This document shows positions 12,510 to 25,675 of a stretch of DNA of 64,000 bases, piece by piece. The position numbers and the translations under genes are program-made. Below the pieces are notes generated by a model that had not been told where the DNA came from, searched no databases, and was given only the letters and a program-made list of their open reading frames with translations. Each line of letters opens with the position of its first letter. Position 1 is the stretch's first letter. The stretch is from Mobula hypostoma. Lineage: Eukaryota. Location of the stretch: positions 39,496,001 to 39,560,000 of the forward strand of contig NC_086097.1 in NCBI RefSeq assembly GCF_963921235.1, in the 5' to 3' direction.

Positions 12510-15500
12510 TAGTCCCCATAGTCTGAGGCATCAGTAGTAATGGCTGTGGGTGCATTGGGGAGTGGGTACACCTGTAGGATCGAGTTGGAAAGAGCTTGTT
12601 TGGTCTTGTCCGCTGTCCAGTTAAGCAATTGATTAGGAGTATTGATTTTAAGTGTACTATACAGGGGGAACATAAGTTCAGCAACTTGTGGAATAAAGTG
12701 GTGATAAAAATTCATCATACCTAAAAATTCTTGTAGTTTTTTACTAGTGTAGCGTGGTGGGCGGCTACTTTTGATGGGAGGGGTTTCACACCTTCTGTGG
12801 AGATGCGATGGCAGAGAAAGTCAATGGTTGGCAACCCAAACTGGTATTTAGCAGGGTTAATAATCAACCTGTGTTGGCTTAAATGCTTGAAAAGTGTGTG
12901 GAAATGAGGTATGTGTTCGGATTTGGATGCACTGGTGATAAGTAGGTCATGCAGGTTAACAAAAAGGAAGTCTCAGTCTGTTATACAGAGTCCATCAGCC
13001 GTTGGAAAGTCTGTGCTGCACTTTCAGCCCAAATATGCGCAGAAACTCAGAAGAGACCAAATGGGGTTATCATAGCCGTTTTGGGAATGTCCTTTGGGCA
13101 CATGTGCATTCTGATGGTAGCTCCCAATTAAATCAACTTTTGAAAACATTAACTTTCTGACTAAACATGCTGAAAAGTCTTGGATGTGTGGAACCTGGTT
13201 ACAATTGGGTATGGCGGCCTTGTTAAGGTGTTGGTAATCGCCACATGGGTGGAAACCACCATGGGACTTAGGGACCATACGGGGGGGGGGGTGAAGCCCA
13301 GGAGCTACTAGGCTAGTGGTACAATGCTGAATTTTTCCATGTTGGCAAACTCAGCCTTCGCAATTGCCAGCTTTTCTAGGTCCAGACTACTTGTGTCAGC
13401 ATGGACTGGCGGGCCAGTTGTAGAAGTGTTGTGTTCGACCCCATGTTTTGTGACTGTATTGGAGAATGTGGCTTGGTGAGGATTGGGAATTTGCTCAGCA
13501 GTTGAGTAAGCTCACATGCGGTAGTGCGTGTGCTTGACAGAGTCATTTTGGGGAACTTACTGGGGAAGTAGGGTGATGACCCAAAACCCTTGACATCTAC
13601 AAGCTAGCAGTTCTTAAGATTGACTAACAGTTCTTTGGCACCCAGGAAATCTGCACCGAGCAGAGGTCTAGTTGCTTTAGCCAGGACGAAGTTCCACGTG
13701 TACATCGCCCATTGAAGCAGGTTGTCATCTGTCGTGTCCCTTAAATCTGGATCCTGCTGCCCTTGGTGGCCTCCAGTGAGTTTTTGTCCCTCTTTGCCTT
13801 CTCATCAATGGGTGATGCTGGCAGCACACTCACTTGAGCATCTGTGTCACACAGGAAGCATCGTCCTGAAAGGGTGTCTGTAATGAACAGTAGATGACTC
13901 TGGCAGCTGGAACCCATGGTGTTCACAGACCTCTGGTGTCCTGATGTGCTGCTACTGTTGAAGCTGCAAGGTGGTCGGCACTTCCTAGTGTTTGTACCAA
14001 AGCAAGCGTCTGTTTCACAGCCATGGGCATCCTTGGGGGCCTTGCTGACCGGGTGTATTGAGGTACAAAAAGGAAGAATAATGCACTGCTGCCTGGCTGA
14101 GTGTAGCCTATCAGCCATTTTAGCAAGCACCCTATAGTTCATCATGGTGCATTAGTGTGGGCTATGCAAACTTGATCAGGCACTTGCTGCATAAAGCATT
14201 CTTTAAAAATAAAACAAGGATGGTGATTTCCCAGGGGAGACAGCATGTGGTCCATTAGCTCCAATGGCTTAGCATCACAGAGGCCGGAGAAGGAGTGCAA
14301 TTTGTTGGATGGTCTCAGACTCCGATAGTCCAGAAGTCTATAAAAGGTGAGTTTTCAGTGATCGGTATTTATTGTGTTCAGGCAGTTATTCTAGTAGACT
14401 CACCACTCTCGCAGCCATCGAGTGATGCTATCACATAGAAATATTTGGTGTTGTCAGCGGAGATGAATTGGGCAAATTGGGCCTCGCCGGACACAAACCA
14501 AGCACCGGCATTTTGTTCCAGAAACCCCAGCGGTTTCAAAGCGACTACATTGGCCAAGATATTCAATTACACTGGAATCGTCCAAGAGCATTGAGGTCAC
14601 CAAGCTAGATTTTGGCAAATAAAAATGGCAGATGCGTTTTATGCTTAAGAAAAACCTTAACAATTCATTTATTGTACTCCAAACACTGAACACAAAGCAC
14701 GATAAAAGTACTGTATGTAATTACACTACCACGTCAGACCAGCCTCTTAAAGTGAACCCCAACTCAATGTCGGTGGTTGTGCATTAAGTACGTTTCCAAC
14801 AATCGCATTACCCTCCAAATCCACAAGCCCACTGGCCAAGGAAGATGGCCTGACGTGGGATTAGAGGGCTATGTATGTTCGTGGGTGGATAGGTAGGAGG
14901 GAGGGAGCGATGGGGTTTGTTTCACTGTTGTTGTTTTTTTGTGTGTTGTTCTGCCAAGCATTGTGGGCATACTATGTTGGCACAGAACATGTGGCAACAC
15001 TTGCGGGCTGCCACCAGCACATATTTGGGTGATGGTGCTTAACACAAGCAACACATTTTACTGTATGTTTCAATATACACACGATAAATAAAACTGAATC
15101 TGAATCTGACGGAAATGGTGCATCAACAAGTGACCTGCCATTTTGTCTTCTGTCTGGATTAGGTGGTATGTCTGTTCTCTAATAAACATTAGCACAAAGA
15201 TAACCAATTTTTGGTGTAACTTTCTCTTTTTTTAAAATTAAAAATTAAAATATTTAATCATTGTACCATAAATTTCTCCTATCTTTTTTTGTTGAATTGT
15301 GCGCCTTAATGTGCCAAGTTGAATTAAGTAGAATTTGCTCATTCACTGTAATCTTAAATATTGTAAATGTGGTAAATATTTTAAGAGAACCTTGACATTA
15401 AGCAGCTGCTAGACAGAATCTATGGATAACAGAGAGAAAGCCAGGAACATTATATTTAACATTAAAAATTATTTTCTTTTGGGTCTATTTTATTTTTATT

Positions 15501-15944
15501 TGATATTGCGAGTAAATTCATGCAATCCCCCTCTGACTATATAGCATAAGTATTTATTTAAACTAGCCCAACAGAGTTGTGGTGACTGTTGTAAACAATT
15601 ATTTGATTCCAGTTTGTTTGGGCAGATTTAACTGCACAATCTAGGTCAAGATTTCATCATTGGAGTTGTGAATAAATCTGCCTTCTTGCCTTCAAATGTC
15701 AGGAGTCGTTTCACCTTGTACATTCAATTTAAGTTACACGTATCAATTTTAAAGCAGATCTTCTTGCTTGCCAACTGTATCCAAGCCTGAAATTTTCAAA
15801 ACAAACTATGTGATTTAGCATTCTCCCAAATAAAACTATTCTTCAATTTTAGTTCATTTGTTCGCTTGGATTGAGTACTGAGATCTGGTTTCAGTTTTTC
15901 TCCATCACCACCACCATCATAAGCCTCCAATCACAAACAAAATT

Positions 15945-16466
15945 ATAGATAGATAGATAGATAGATAGACAGACATACTTTATTGATCCCGAGGGAAATT
16001 GGGTTTCGTTACAGTTGCACCAACCAAGAATAGAGTATAAATATAGCAATATAAAACCATAAGTAATTAAGTAATAATATGTAAATTATGCCAGATGGAA
16101 ATAAGTCCAGGGCCAGCCTATTGGCTCAGGGTGTCTGGCCCTCCAAGGGAGGAGTTGTAAAGTTTGATGGCCACAGGCAGGAATGACTTCCTATGACGCT
16201 CAGTGTTGCATCTCGGTGGAATGAGTCTCTGGCTGAATGTACTCCTGTGCCCAACCAGTACATTATGTAGTGGATGGGAGATATTGTCCAAGATGGCATG
16301 CAATTTGGACAGCATCCTCTTTTCAGACGCCACCGTCAGAGAGTCCAGTTCCATCCCCACAACATCACTGGCCTTATGAATGAGTTTGTTGATTCTGTTG
16401 GTGTCTGCTACCCTCAGCCTGCTGCCCCAGCACACAACAGCAAACATGATAGCACTGGCCACCACC
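15945..16466 (-). mobile_element. Rex1/Babar LINE 3' fragment with (GATA)n tail
   Basis: VASAIMFAVVCWGS..SHPLH..TERHRKSFLPVAIKLYN. Near-identical to 41274-41620. Confidence 0.9.
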
Positions 16467-17329
16467 GACAGTGGAAAATGGTGGACGATTTAACATACAG
16501 TAAGTATTCATTATTCTAAATGTGTTTTTCTACTGATCATTTGAGATTGCTGAAATGATTAAAAGTGCAGCTTATAAAATAGGCATTCATGTAAAATGGT
16601 TCACAGTGTAGAATCTTTATTCTTAATCATTGTTAAAATAGACCACAAGCCAGTGGATTTAAAAAATCTTAAGGGCTATTTGCAGGAAGATGGAGTCTGA
16701 GATTTCACTAATGGTTCACAGAGAATAAAACGCCCCAGGAAAATTTAGTGGGTCATTAGGTTGTTGCTCTGATGTAGTGTTCAGTTATTCAGTGAACGAG
16801 ATCAAACAGTAGTCAAAACACTCCACAGCAACTATAAAGTGCTATAGAAGACATTCAAAGGCCCTTTATCTATTCCACTGTTATTGGATGAATGCTCATT
16901 CCATGCATAAATAAGAATTCACAGATAATCGGTCACTGACAGTGGGTGAGCCGGTGTCTCAATACCTTGGGTATGTTGCTATGAATGTGTGCGAGGATCT
17001 TAGGAGTCCTGAGCCCTGAGGAGGGGTCTCAGCCCAAAGCATCCACTGTTTATTCATTTCCATTTGGAAAAAGCATACTTTTTTGGTGAAAATAACTTGA
17101 AACAATGCAATAAGGTTGTTAGCGTTATTTATACATAACTCACTGGATGGTGAATGCACTGCAACTTTGGCATTAATCTTTCTGAGGAGCTGAGAAGGTG
17201 ACGGTTGGGGTAGATTAGAAGAAGCCAGTGAAGACAGAGTGTAGAAGCCCTGGCAAGTTTATCAGCAGTAGCTCAGCGACATTTGTATTACATTTCCTGC
17301 CCACCCTGTAGAGTGACAGGCTGGCCTGG

Positions 17330-17890
17330 CAGGAATTTAGAGAGGACTAGAATATAAAAGCAAAGGTGTAATGCTGAGACTTTCTAAGGCATTGATCAGT
17401 CCACGTTTGGAGTACTGTGAGCAGTTTTGGGCTTGTATCTGAGAAAGGGTGTGCTGGCGTTGGAGGGGATCAGAGAAAGTTTATGAGAATGATCTGAATG
17501 ATGAAAGAATTAATGTGTGAGGAGCATTTGTTGGCTCTGGGCCTGTATTTACTGGGGTTTTGAAGAACGAGGGGAATGTTATTGAAATCTACTGAATATT
17601 GAGAGGATGTTTCCTTTGTTGGAGGAGTCTAGGACCAGAGGATACAGCTTCAGAATACAAGGACGCCCCTTTAGATCAGAGATGAAGAGGGTAGTGAACT
17701 TATGGAATTCATTGCCACAGGTGGCTGTAGAGGCCAAGTTAATGGGTACATTTAAAGTGGAACCTGATAGGTTCTTGATTAAGGATGTCAAACGTTATCG
17801 GGAGAAAGAAGAAGAATAGGTTGTGATGGAAAATAAATCAGCCGCGATGGGCTAAATGGTCTAATTATGTTCCTATGTCTTATGGTCTTA
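17330..17890 (+). mobile_element. CR1 3' fragment
   Basis: FPLLEESRTRGYS..RVVNLWNSLP; tcttatgg tail. Confidence 0.85.
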
Positions 17891-18599
17891 TTGACAACAA
17901 ATATCATGAAGTTGTAGACCAAGATTGTTGAGGACGGTATAATTATGTATATTGGGGACTGGGGCTTTGGTGTGTGAAGGCAGCAGTGAGGTGAAGTGGC
18001 AAGTCATTGCACTAGGAAACTGCCTGGGGTACAGTGTACTGGATTAATAGGAGTCATTAATAGGACTCCCCCCATTTTCCATATGGCTTTTAAGAGCTCT
18101 TGAAACCCATTAAATTTAAATGTGTAGAATTGTCTTGTTTCTCTAACATGGGGCATTTGCATTTTTTTTATTAAGTGCAATCGTGAACAATAGCCAGATC
18201 AGAAATGCTGATCAAGTCAACTAGTTCCCAAAGAGAACTCTGATAGGCCAATCAGATGGTTCATTGCTGCTCAGCGACAAAACATTAAAAAAATCATGTG
18301 TACAATTAAGAAATATTAAAGAGTAGTAGAAATACTGGTCATAATGATCATGATGAAGTCAGCTGGAGAGAGACATTTATACACATGCTGTCCTCCATAA
18401 TTCAAAGAGATTGAAGGATAAGGTTGCAGGGTGACAAAACGTGGAAGGAGCACTTGGAACTAAAAACTAATCCCTACCGGGAGAAAACAGCACCTATTCA
18501 TTCCGCACTGTTCTCCAGCAGGTTAAGGACTAAGTCCAGCCGGAACATAACTCACAAGTGCTCTTAAAGGTCAGGTATTAACCCTACCTACCAACAACC

Positions 18600-19465
18600 A
18601 AGCACTGCCATCCTGATCCCCTTCATGATAGCTTATGAAGAAGCATGTGACTTCCCTCCCAGAGATGATAGGTGTTAGTGCACTCGACCCCTGAAGGCTT
18701 GGACCCCATCGTCGCAGATGCTTCCAACCACAGCATCTGGAAGGCTGTTCCAAATTCTGATAGCACAGTGAAGGAAGCTTCTATCCAGTGTGTAGGTCCT
18801 CGCATCAGGCACGGAAACAGCATGAGCAGGCATAGATAAACTTGATCGTGTGGTGCCCCGTCTCTCATTAGATGAAGGCAGCATGGCGCCAAAGTCTGCA
18901 GGGCTGTGGCTGGTGTGCATTTTGTATAGCGCAGTAGCTGCAGCAACCTGTCGTCTGTGGTGTAAGCTACTGATGGCTAGCTTCTTACGAGCTGTGGCTT
19001 CATCTACACCTGTAATCCTGAGAGCCTTTCTTTGAATGGAATCAAGCTGGCTGAGGACACTCTGTGAGGCATTCATCCATGATAAGCAGGCATACTCCAT
19101 AATACTTCGTACCTGGGCTTTGTAAACCGTGGCTCTGCCCTCTTTGTCTAGTTTGGATGCTACTTTCCGCAGTGGTCCAAGCCTTTGTCCAGCCTTGTTT
19201 GAAATAGTGGAAAGGTGTTTATCCCACACCAACTTGCTGTCAATATTAACACCAAGGATTACTAGCTCCTTCTTTAAATCCAGCTTGTAGTTCCCAAAAT
19301 ACAGGTCGGGGTTAGATGGATTCCTCTTGCTGGACATCACCATCGCCTTGCACTTAGTAGGCTCAAAGGTGACATTCCAGTCGTCTACCCGGCCTTTCAT
19401 CCTGTCAAGATCCCTGTTCAGGCTTGCTGCCACTGTATCACTCTCTGCTGCTCTAACTGGTGCAA
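18600..19465 (-). mobile_element. 5'-truncated CR1-group LINE of a different lineage (RT C-terminus)
   Basis: 252-aa ORF: LNRDLDRM..WNVTFEPTKC..LGVNIDSKLVW..VYKAQVRSIMEYA..LDSIQRKA..IWNSLP. Confidence 0.85.
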
Positions 19466-19963
19466 ATATTCACCATTATTTATGCCTGTTGGTGTGCTGG
19501 TAGTTTGTTTTGAGATTCTTACAGAATGACTTCATTATCCTACTCACTGTAGGGTGGGCATTGAATATGAATTAATATCAAGCTCCTCCTTGGTGCCATA
19601 TTCCACCGTCAAGGGTGAGGGCCATGACCTTTCCCATCACATGTGCGTCCACTTGTTTTGGGTCACAGAGGTAGAAGGAAAAGCAATTGAAGGTTGCATT
19701 CAAACTGAGAGTGAGCTTGGGAGAGACTGTCCATTGCAATGTAATAGAATGATAGACGTAAATTTACACATAATCAAATCAGAATCAGGTTTATTATCAC
19801 TGATGTAGGTCATGAAATTTGTCATTTTGTGGCAGCTATACCATGCAAGACATAAAAAAATTACTAACATTTACAGCAAATAAATGCACAGTATTGATAA
19901 ATGTATTATATTAGCCTAATCCTAGTACTTGTGCAAGTAATCTATCATAATGGTTTAGATATA

Positions 19964-20476
19964 TAATCTGGTGGCCATTTTATTCTGTACAGGAGTGAAA
20001 CCCGGTGTTGTCTTCTGCTGTTGTAGCCCATCCACTTCAAAGTTCCTCATGCAGTAGGCTCAGAGATGCTCCTCTGCACACTATTGTTGAAACGCAAGGT
20101 TATTTGAGTTACTGTCGCCTCCCTGACAGCTTGAACCAGTCTGGCCATTCTCCTCTGACCTCTCTCATCAACAAGGTGGTGTCGCCCATAGAAATGCCAC
20201 TCACTAGATGATTTTTTTGTCACATTCTCTGTAAACTCTAGAAATCAGCAGTTGCTCAAATCTCTCCATTGGGACCAACAATCATGCCACAGTCAAAGTC
20301 ACTTAGATCACATTTCTTCCCCATTGTGTTGTTTGATCTGAACAACAACTGAATCCCCTAACCATACCTGCATGCTTTTATACTGTACATTGAGTTGCTG
20401 CCACTTGTTTGGCTGATTAGATATTTGTATTAACGAGCAGGTGTGCAAGTGTACTTAATAAAGTGGCCACTGAGTG
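19964..20476. mobile_element. Non-autonomous Tc1/mariner element
   Basis: Right end taataaagtggccactgagtg|TA; eroded inverted left end ctggtggccattttatt. Confidence 0.7.
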
Positions 20477-21022
20477 TATTCTCCTGCTACCTCTGTAATG
20501 TAATATCCAAAAAAAAATTGTTATACTGTGTTCATCTTGCAATTGGTAACCTGCTAAGGAGCATTGCCAGTATATTAAAGTTTAACGTCTCCAAGATGTC
20601 ACAGAAGAGCATGAAAGGAGTGATAAAATACCAATACTAAACTACGCGAGTTTCTCTATGTGCATATGATGCAATAACATTCATCAAAAATTACCAGGGG
20701 TAAAGCTAAAGATGGCCTCAAACATTACTGACATTTGTAAATGTAATTGAACAAGAGAAAATAGTTTCTAGCATGACTGATCCTTCTATGATGAAGGCTT
20801 TTACAATGATAGCTTTCTTGTATAACATACTGTAAGCATTGACACAGTTGAAAGCTTTTTCGGTTTACAGACCTTTATGCTCACAGGCAAGGCATATGAT
20901 TGTCTGAGAGCGTATACTCTCCTGTTATATAAATAAAAGTCAGACTGGCATGGAATATTGGTGGTATCATTACAGTAGGATTCTGAAAATAATTTCAAAA
21001 TATCTTTGTAATCCTTATATTT

Positions 21023-21102
21023 CAGGGGTTCCCAACCTGGGGTCTATGGACCCTTTGGTTAATGATTGGGGTCCATGATGTAACAAAGTTTGGAAATCCC
21101 TG
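21023..21102. mobile_element. ~80-bp hAT MITE
   Basis: CAGGGGTTCCCAA...TTGGAAATCCCTG termini; 8-bp flanks TTATATTT/TTCTATTT. Confidence 0.8.
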
Positions 21103-21520
21103 TTCTATTTAGTCAGTATCAGAGCATGGTTGTTAGTTCTCCACAAAAGCTGTAAGGAGATTTTGGAATGGTCCCCTGATGCTGATTTAACTAAAATCAG
21201 ACTAATACATTTTACACCTTAATATTCCCAGTGATGGGCTCAACAAAGCCAGAAAAACCATCTTTGATTAATTCTTTGTAATTGATGTATTTGGAATAGG
21301 GAAAAGGAGGTGAGCACGGGTTACCTGCCTTTTGATTGCTGGTGAGATCGCTCTGCCGCTAGAGAGAGAAGCCTGTGTGGCCTGCTACTGTGCCCGGAGA
21401 ACGTTACCCACGTTTTCTGCGTTTTGGACGTGGATATGGATATGGACTTCTGTTTTCAGTCTTATAGTTTTTTTAATATTTTGTGCTTTTCGCCTGATCT
21501 TTCTTGTTTTTTTCGTGTGA

Positions 21521-23044
21521 GGTTTAAATAGGTTTTTTGCATCTGTATTTACTAAGGAAGCTGGCATGAAATCTATGGAATTGAGGGAATCAAGTAGTGA
21601 GACCATGGAAACTGTACAGATTGAAAAGGAGGAGGTGCTTGCTGTCTTGAGGAAAATTAAAGTGGATAAATCCCCGGGACCTGACAGAGTGTTCCCTCGG
21701 ACCTTGAAGGAGACTAGTGTTGAAATTGCGGGGGCCCTGGCAGAAATATTTAAAATGTCGCTGTCTACGGGTGAAGTGCCGGAGGATTGGAGAGTGGCTC
21801 ATGTTGTTCCGTTGTTTAAGAAAGGATCAAAAAGTAATCCGGGAAATTATAGGCCGGTGAGTTTAACGTCAGTAGTAGGTAAGTTATTGGAGGGAGTACT
21901 AAGAGACAGAATCTACAAGCATTTGGATAGACAGGGGCTTATTAGGGAGAGTCAACATGGCTTTGTGCGTGGTAGGTCATGTTTGACCAATCTGTTGGAG
22001 TTTTTCGAGGAGGTTACCAGGAAAGTGGATGAAGGGAAGGCAGTGGATATTGTCTACATGGACTTCAGTAAGGCCTTTGACAAGGTCCCACATGGGAGGT
22101 TAGTTAGGAAAATTCAGTCGCTAGGTATACATGGAGAGGTGGTAAATTGGATTAGACATTGGCTCGATGGAAGAAGCCAGAGAGTGGTGGTAGAGAATTG
22201 CTTCTCTGAGTGGAGGCCTGTGACTAGTGGTGTGCCACAGGGATCAGTGCTGGGTCCATTGTTATTTGTCATCTATATCAATGATCTGGATGATAATGTG
22301 GTAAATTGGATCAGCAAGTTTGCTGATGATACAAAGATTGGAGGTGTAGTAGACAGTGAGGAAGGTTTTCAGAGCCTGCAGAGGGACTTGGACCAGCTGG
22401 AAAAATGGGCTGAAAAATGGCAGATGGAGTTTAATACTGACAAGTGTGAGGTATTGCACGTTGGAAGGACAAACCAACGTAGAACATACAGGGTTAATGG
22501 TAAGGCACTGAGGAGTGCAGTGGAACAGAGGGATCTGGGAATACAGATACAAAATTCCCTAAAAGTGTCGTCACAGGTAGATAGGGTCGTAAAGAGAGCT
22601 TTTGGTACATTGGCCTTTATTAATCGAAGTATTGAGTATAAGAGCTGGAATGTTATGATGAGGTTGTATAAAGCATTGGTGAGGCCGAATCTGGAGTATT
22701 GTGTTCAGTTTTGGTCACCAAATTACAGGAAGGATATAAATAAGGTTGAAAGAGTGCAGAGAAGGTTTACAAGGATGTTGCCGGGACTTGAGAAACTCAG
22801 TTACGGAGAAAGGTTGAATAGGTTAGGACTTTATTCCCTGGAGCGTAGAAGAATGAGGGGAGATTTGATAGAGGTATATAAAATTATGATGGGTATAGAT
22901 AGAGTGAATGCAAGCAGTCTTTTTCCACTGAGGCAAAGGGAGAAAAAAACCAGAGGACATGGGTTAAGGGTGAGGGGGGAAAAGTTTAAAGGGAACATTA
23001 GGGGGGGGCTTCTTCACACAGAGAGTGGTGGGAGTATGGAATGA
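21521..23044 (+). CDS. CR1 ORF2 reverse transcriptase domain (no endonuclease; +1 shift near C-terminus)
   Basis: [42 protein letters not shown]. The G8 run at 23001-23008 shifts the final FFTQRVV..WD* segment out of frame. Confidence 0.88.
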   Translation, partial: GLNRFFASVFTKEAGMKSMELRESSSETMETVQIEKEEVLAVLRKIKVDKSPGPDRVFPRTLKETSVEIAGALAEIFKMSLSTGEVPEDWRVAHVVPLFKKGSKSNPGNYRPVSLTSVVGKLLEGVLRDRIYKHLDRQGLIRESQHGFVRGRSCLTNLLEFFEEVTRKVDEGKAVDIVYMDFSKAFDKVPHGRLVRKIQSLGIHGEVVNWIRHWLDGRSQRVVVENCFSEWRPVTSGVPQGSVLGPLLFVIYINDLDDNVVNWISKFADDTKIGGVVDSEEGFQSLQRDLDQLEKWAEKWQMEFNTDKCEVLHVGRTNQRRTYRVNGKALRSAVEQRDLGIQIQNSLKVSSQVDRVVKRAFGTLAFINRSIEYKSWNVMMRLYKALVRPNLEYCVQFWSPNYRKDINKVERVQRRFTRMLPGLEKLSYGERLNRLGLYSLERRRMRGDLIEVYKIMMGIDRVNASSLFPLRQREKKTRGHGLRVRGEKFKGNIRGGLLHTESGGSME

Positions 23045-23235
23045 GCTGCCAGACGAGGTGGTAAATGTGGGTTCTTTTTTAACATTTAAGAATAAATTGG
23101 ACAGATACATGGATGGGAGGTGTATGGAGGGATATGGTCCGTGTGCAGGTCAGTGGGACTAGGCAGAAAATGGTTCGGCACAGCCAAGAAGGGCCAAAGG
23201 GCCTGTTTCTGTGCTGTAGTTTCTATGGTTCTATG
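21521..23235 (+). mobile_element. Young 5'-truncated CR1 LINE inserted in an older repeat (21300-21520 and 23236-23418)
   Basis: Long open RT frame and ttctatgg tail. The flanks look like two halves of the repeat family seen at 5620-7400. Confidence 0.93.
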
Positions 23236-23479
23236 GGAGGGGGATTTGGGGTTGATGTGCCTGTTCCATTTTCCTTCACTTTTTTTGTGCAGTGGAGGGG
23301 GATTTGGCAGTTGGTGATCGTGCTGCCACTCTTTTCTTTCTTGGTTTCATGGCTGTCTGGAGAAGAAGAATTTCAAACTTGAATGCTTTGATAATAAATT
23401 AACCTTTGAACCTTTGAAGAGTGAAGCTAAAATGGATTGCTATCATTGGGTTTTGTTGATAACTAAATAACTTATAGAC

Positions 23480-24572
23480 CATTACAACAGCTGTGGATGA
23501 GTGTGTCCCCATGAAATCGTTCCTGGTTTCCCCCAGTCAGAAGCCCTGTATGAACAATGAAATCCGGAATCTACTGAGAGGCATTCAAGTCTGGAGATCA
23601 TCTATGCTACAAGAACTGCAGGTACAATCCTTCTCACAGGCAAAGTGGAGGTTCTGGACAAGACTAGAATCAATGAGGGATGCTGAACAGCTGTGGCAGG
23701 CTTTAAAAGCAATAACCTCCTAAAAGGTTAAAACTTGCAACATAGGGGACAGCAGAACTTCACCAAGTGGTGTAATAACAACAACCTCTCACTCAATGTC
23801 AACAAGACCAAGAAACTGATTGTAGACTTCAGGAGAGGAAACCAGAGGTCCATGAGCCAGTACTTATCGGAGGATCAGAGGTGGAGAGGGTCAGTAACTT
23901 TAAATTATTGGGTGTCACTATCTCAGAGGGCCTGTCCCGGACCCACCATATAAATATAATTGTGAAGAAAGCACGGTTGTGCCTCTACTTCCTCAGAAGT
24001 CTCCGGAGATTCAGCGTATCATCAAAAACTTCTCTAGATGTGTGATGGAAAGTGTGCTGACTGGCTTCATTATGGCCTGATATGGGAGCACCAATGCCCT
24101 TGAGCGGAAAATCCTACAAAAGGTAGTGTATTCAGCCCAGTTCATCATGGGTAAAGCCCTCCCAACCATTGAGCACATCTATATGAAATATTGCCATAGA
24201 AAAGTAGTAACCATCATCAAAGATATCCACCACCCAGGCCATGCTCGTTTCTCACTGCTGCCATCAGGTAGAACGTACAGGAGCCTCAGGACTCGCTACA
24301 CCAGGTTCAAGAACAGTTACTACCCCTCAACCATCAGGTTCTTGAACAAAAGGGGATAGCTACACTCATTTAAGGACTGTTATATTGTTATTTCAAGCTC
24401 GTTATTTATTTTTGTTTATTTATATCTGTATTTGCACCGTTTGTTGGCCTTTGATCCTGTTTACAGGTACTGTTCTATAGATTTGCTAAGTATGCCCACT
24501 GAAAAAGAATTTCAGGGTTGTATGTGGTGTCGTGTGTACTCTGATAATAAATTTTACTTTGAACTTTGAACT
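23480..24572 (+). mobile_element. Internally deleted Rex1/Babar-type LINE
   Basis: VDECVP..QKPCM joined to WCNNNNLSLNVNKTKKLIVDFRR and HPGHARFSLLPSGR..RFKNSYYPSTIR; (actttga)n tail. Confidence 0.8.
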
Positions 24573-25593
24573 CTCTTCCTTTGTATTTAAGAATTAAATT
24601 GAAGAAACTTGAACAAATTGGGAGAAAGCTGAGAAAACAACTATTTGACATAAACAAATACTACTAAATAATAATATAGCTATTTATGGAGTCTGCTCAT
24701 ATGGTTTTAATTATTGCTCCAAAAATGCAGGAAACACTTCTAGTTTCATGCTAATACATAATAGAAACAGTAGTGGGCCTGTTTTGATGAGGGTGGGGGA
24801 CAACACTATAGAATGAGAGGAGGACAAAATGATGGAATTAATCTGAGATTCAGTTGTCCTGACCAGCAGCTCTTTAGTCAGAAGTCCAAGGAGCCAAACA
24901 ACAAGAGTTGAGTTAACTTTTTCTCACAGTCGATTCTGGAAATCATGCTCAGATTCATCAAAACAGTGTCTAAACCACACTCCACACAGATATGAATGCA
25001 ATCTGCATGAACATTATCACTGCATAAACATAAATGCTATTTCATTATAGAAAAATGCTATTTCATTATAGAAATAATTGTAATCTAATTGTGATGTAAA
25101 GGTAGTCTCAGTGCTGATGTAAGATGCACTTTGATACCTACACATGGAAGGAAAAATGTACAATTTGGCAACAGATAGGCAGTAGGAAAAGAAGTATGTC
25201 TTGTTCAAAAGTTTTCAGTGTTTAACATGTTTGAGCTACTCACCACCAAATTATTCCCCAAGTTCAGAGCATCAGACAGAAAGTAACTGCAAATCTAACT
25301 GGTGGCTGGACCTCCAGTCTGAACTAGACCAATTTCTTTTTCTTTTGTTATTGTTCCCCATTTATTTATAGGGGTTGTTTGAATGTGTCAAACTGAAACA
25401 TGCTCAGCCATACTGTATTCATCTTAAGTTGCTATCTGCACATCCCTGCAATCTCAGCATTATCAAATATTGGGGGATTTTGCAGGAGGGAAGATGCATT
25501 TTGGTCCAAGGAATATTTTCAAATGAAAGAAAGTATATCTTAGTTTGGCTGGACACATTTATCTTACTGTTCAATTGGATTAAACCTATAGAA

Positions 25594-25675
25594 CGGGGTT
25601 TCCCAATGTTTTTTTTAATGCCATGGATCAATTCCATTAAACAAGGAGTCTGTGGACCTCAGGTTGGGAACCCTG
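25594..25675. mobile_element. hAT MITE, same family as 21023-21102, opposite orientation
   Basis: CGGGGTTTCCCAA...TTGGGAACCCTG; flanks CTATAGAA/CTCTAGAA (Charlie-type NTCTAGAN target). Confidence 0.8.

Larger units (their letters stand above)
10949..14817 (-). mobile_element. Degenerate full-length Gypsy provirus, CsRN1/Kabuki-like
   Basis: Similar short LTRs at ~10949-11133 and ~14605-14817. PBS-like TGGTGACCTC at 14593-14602 (minus). G-run PPT at ~11134-11147 (minus). Gag (AWFVSGEAQF, TKYFYVIASLD), PR (FLCDTDAQVSVLP), RT (FSKVDLIGSYHQ), RNase H (TDASDY), integrase end (ISVDHLNPAH). AATC on both flanks. Confidence 0.88.
10780..15108 (+). repeat. Short dispersed repeat split by the Gypsy insertion (pieces ~10780-10948 and 14818-15108)
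   Basis: AATC duplication at the junctions; aataaa plus (ctgaat)n tail. Related tails at ~28130-28220, ~34020-34080 and ~60140-60265. Confidence 0.55.

Noticed and set aside
25032..25073. Perfect 21-bp tandem duplication
   Set aside because: Ordinary slippage duplication with no further structure.
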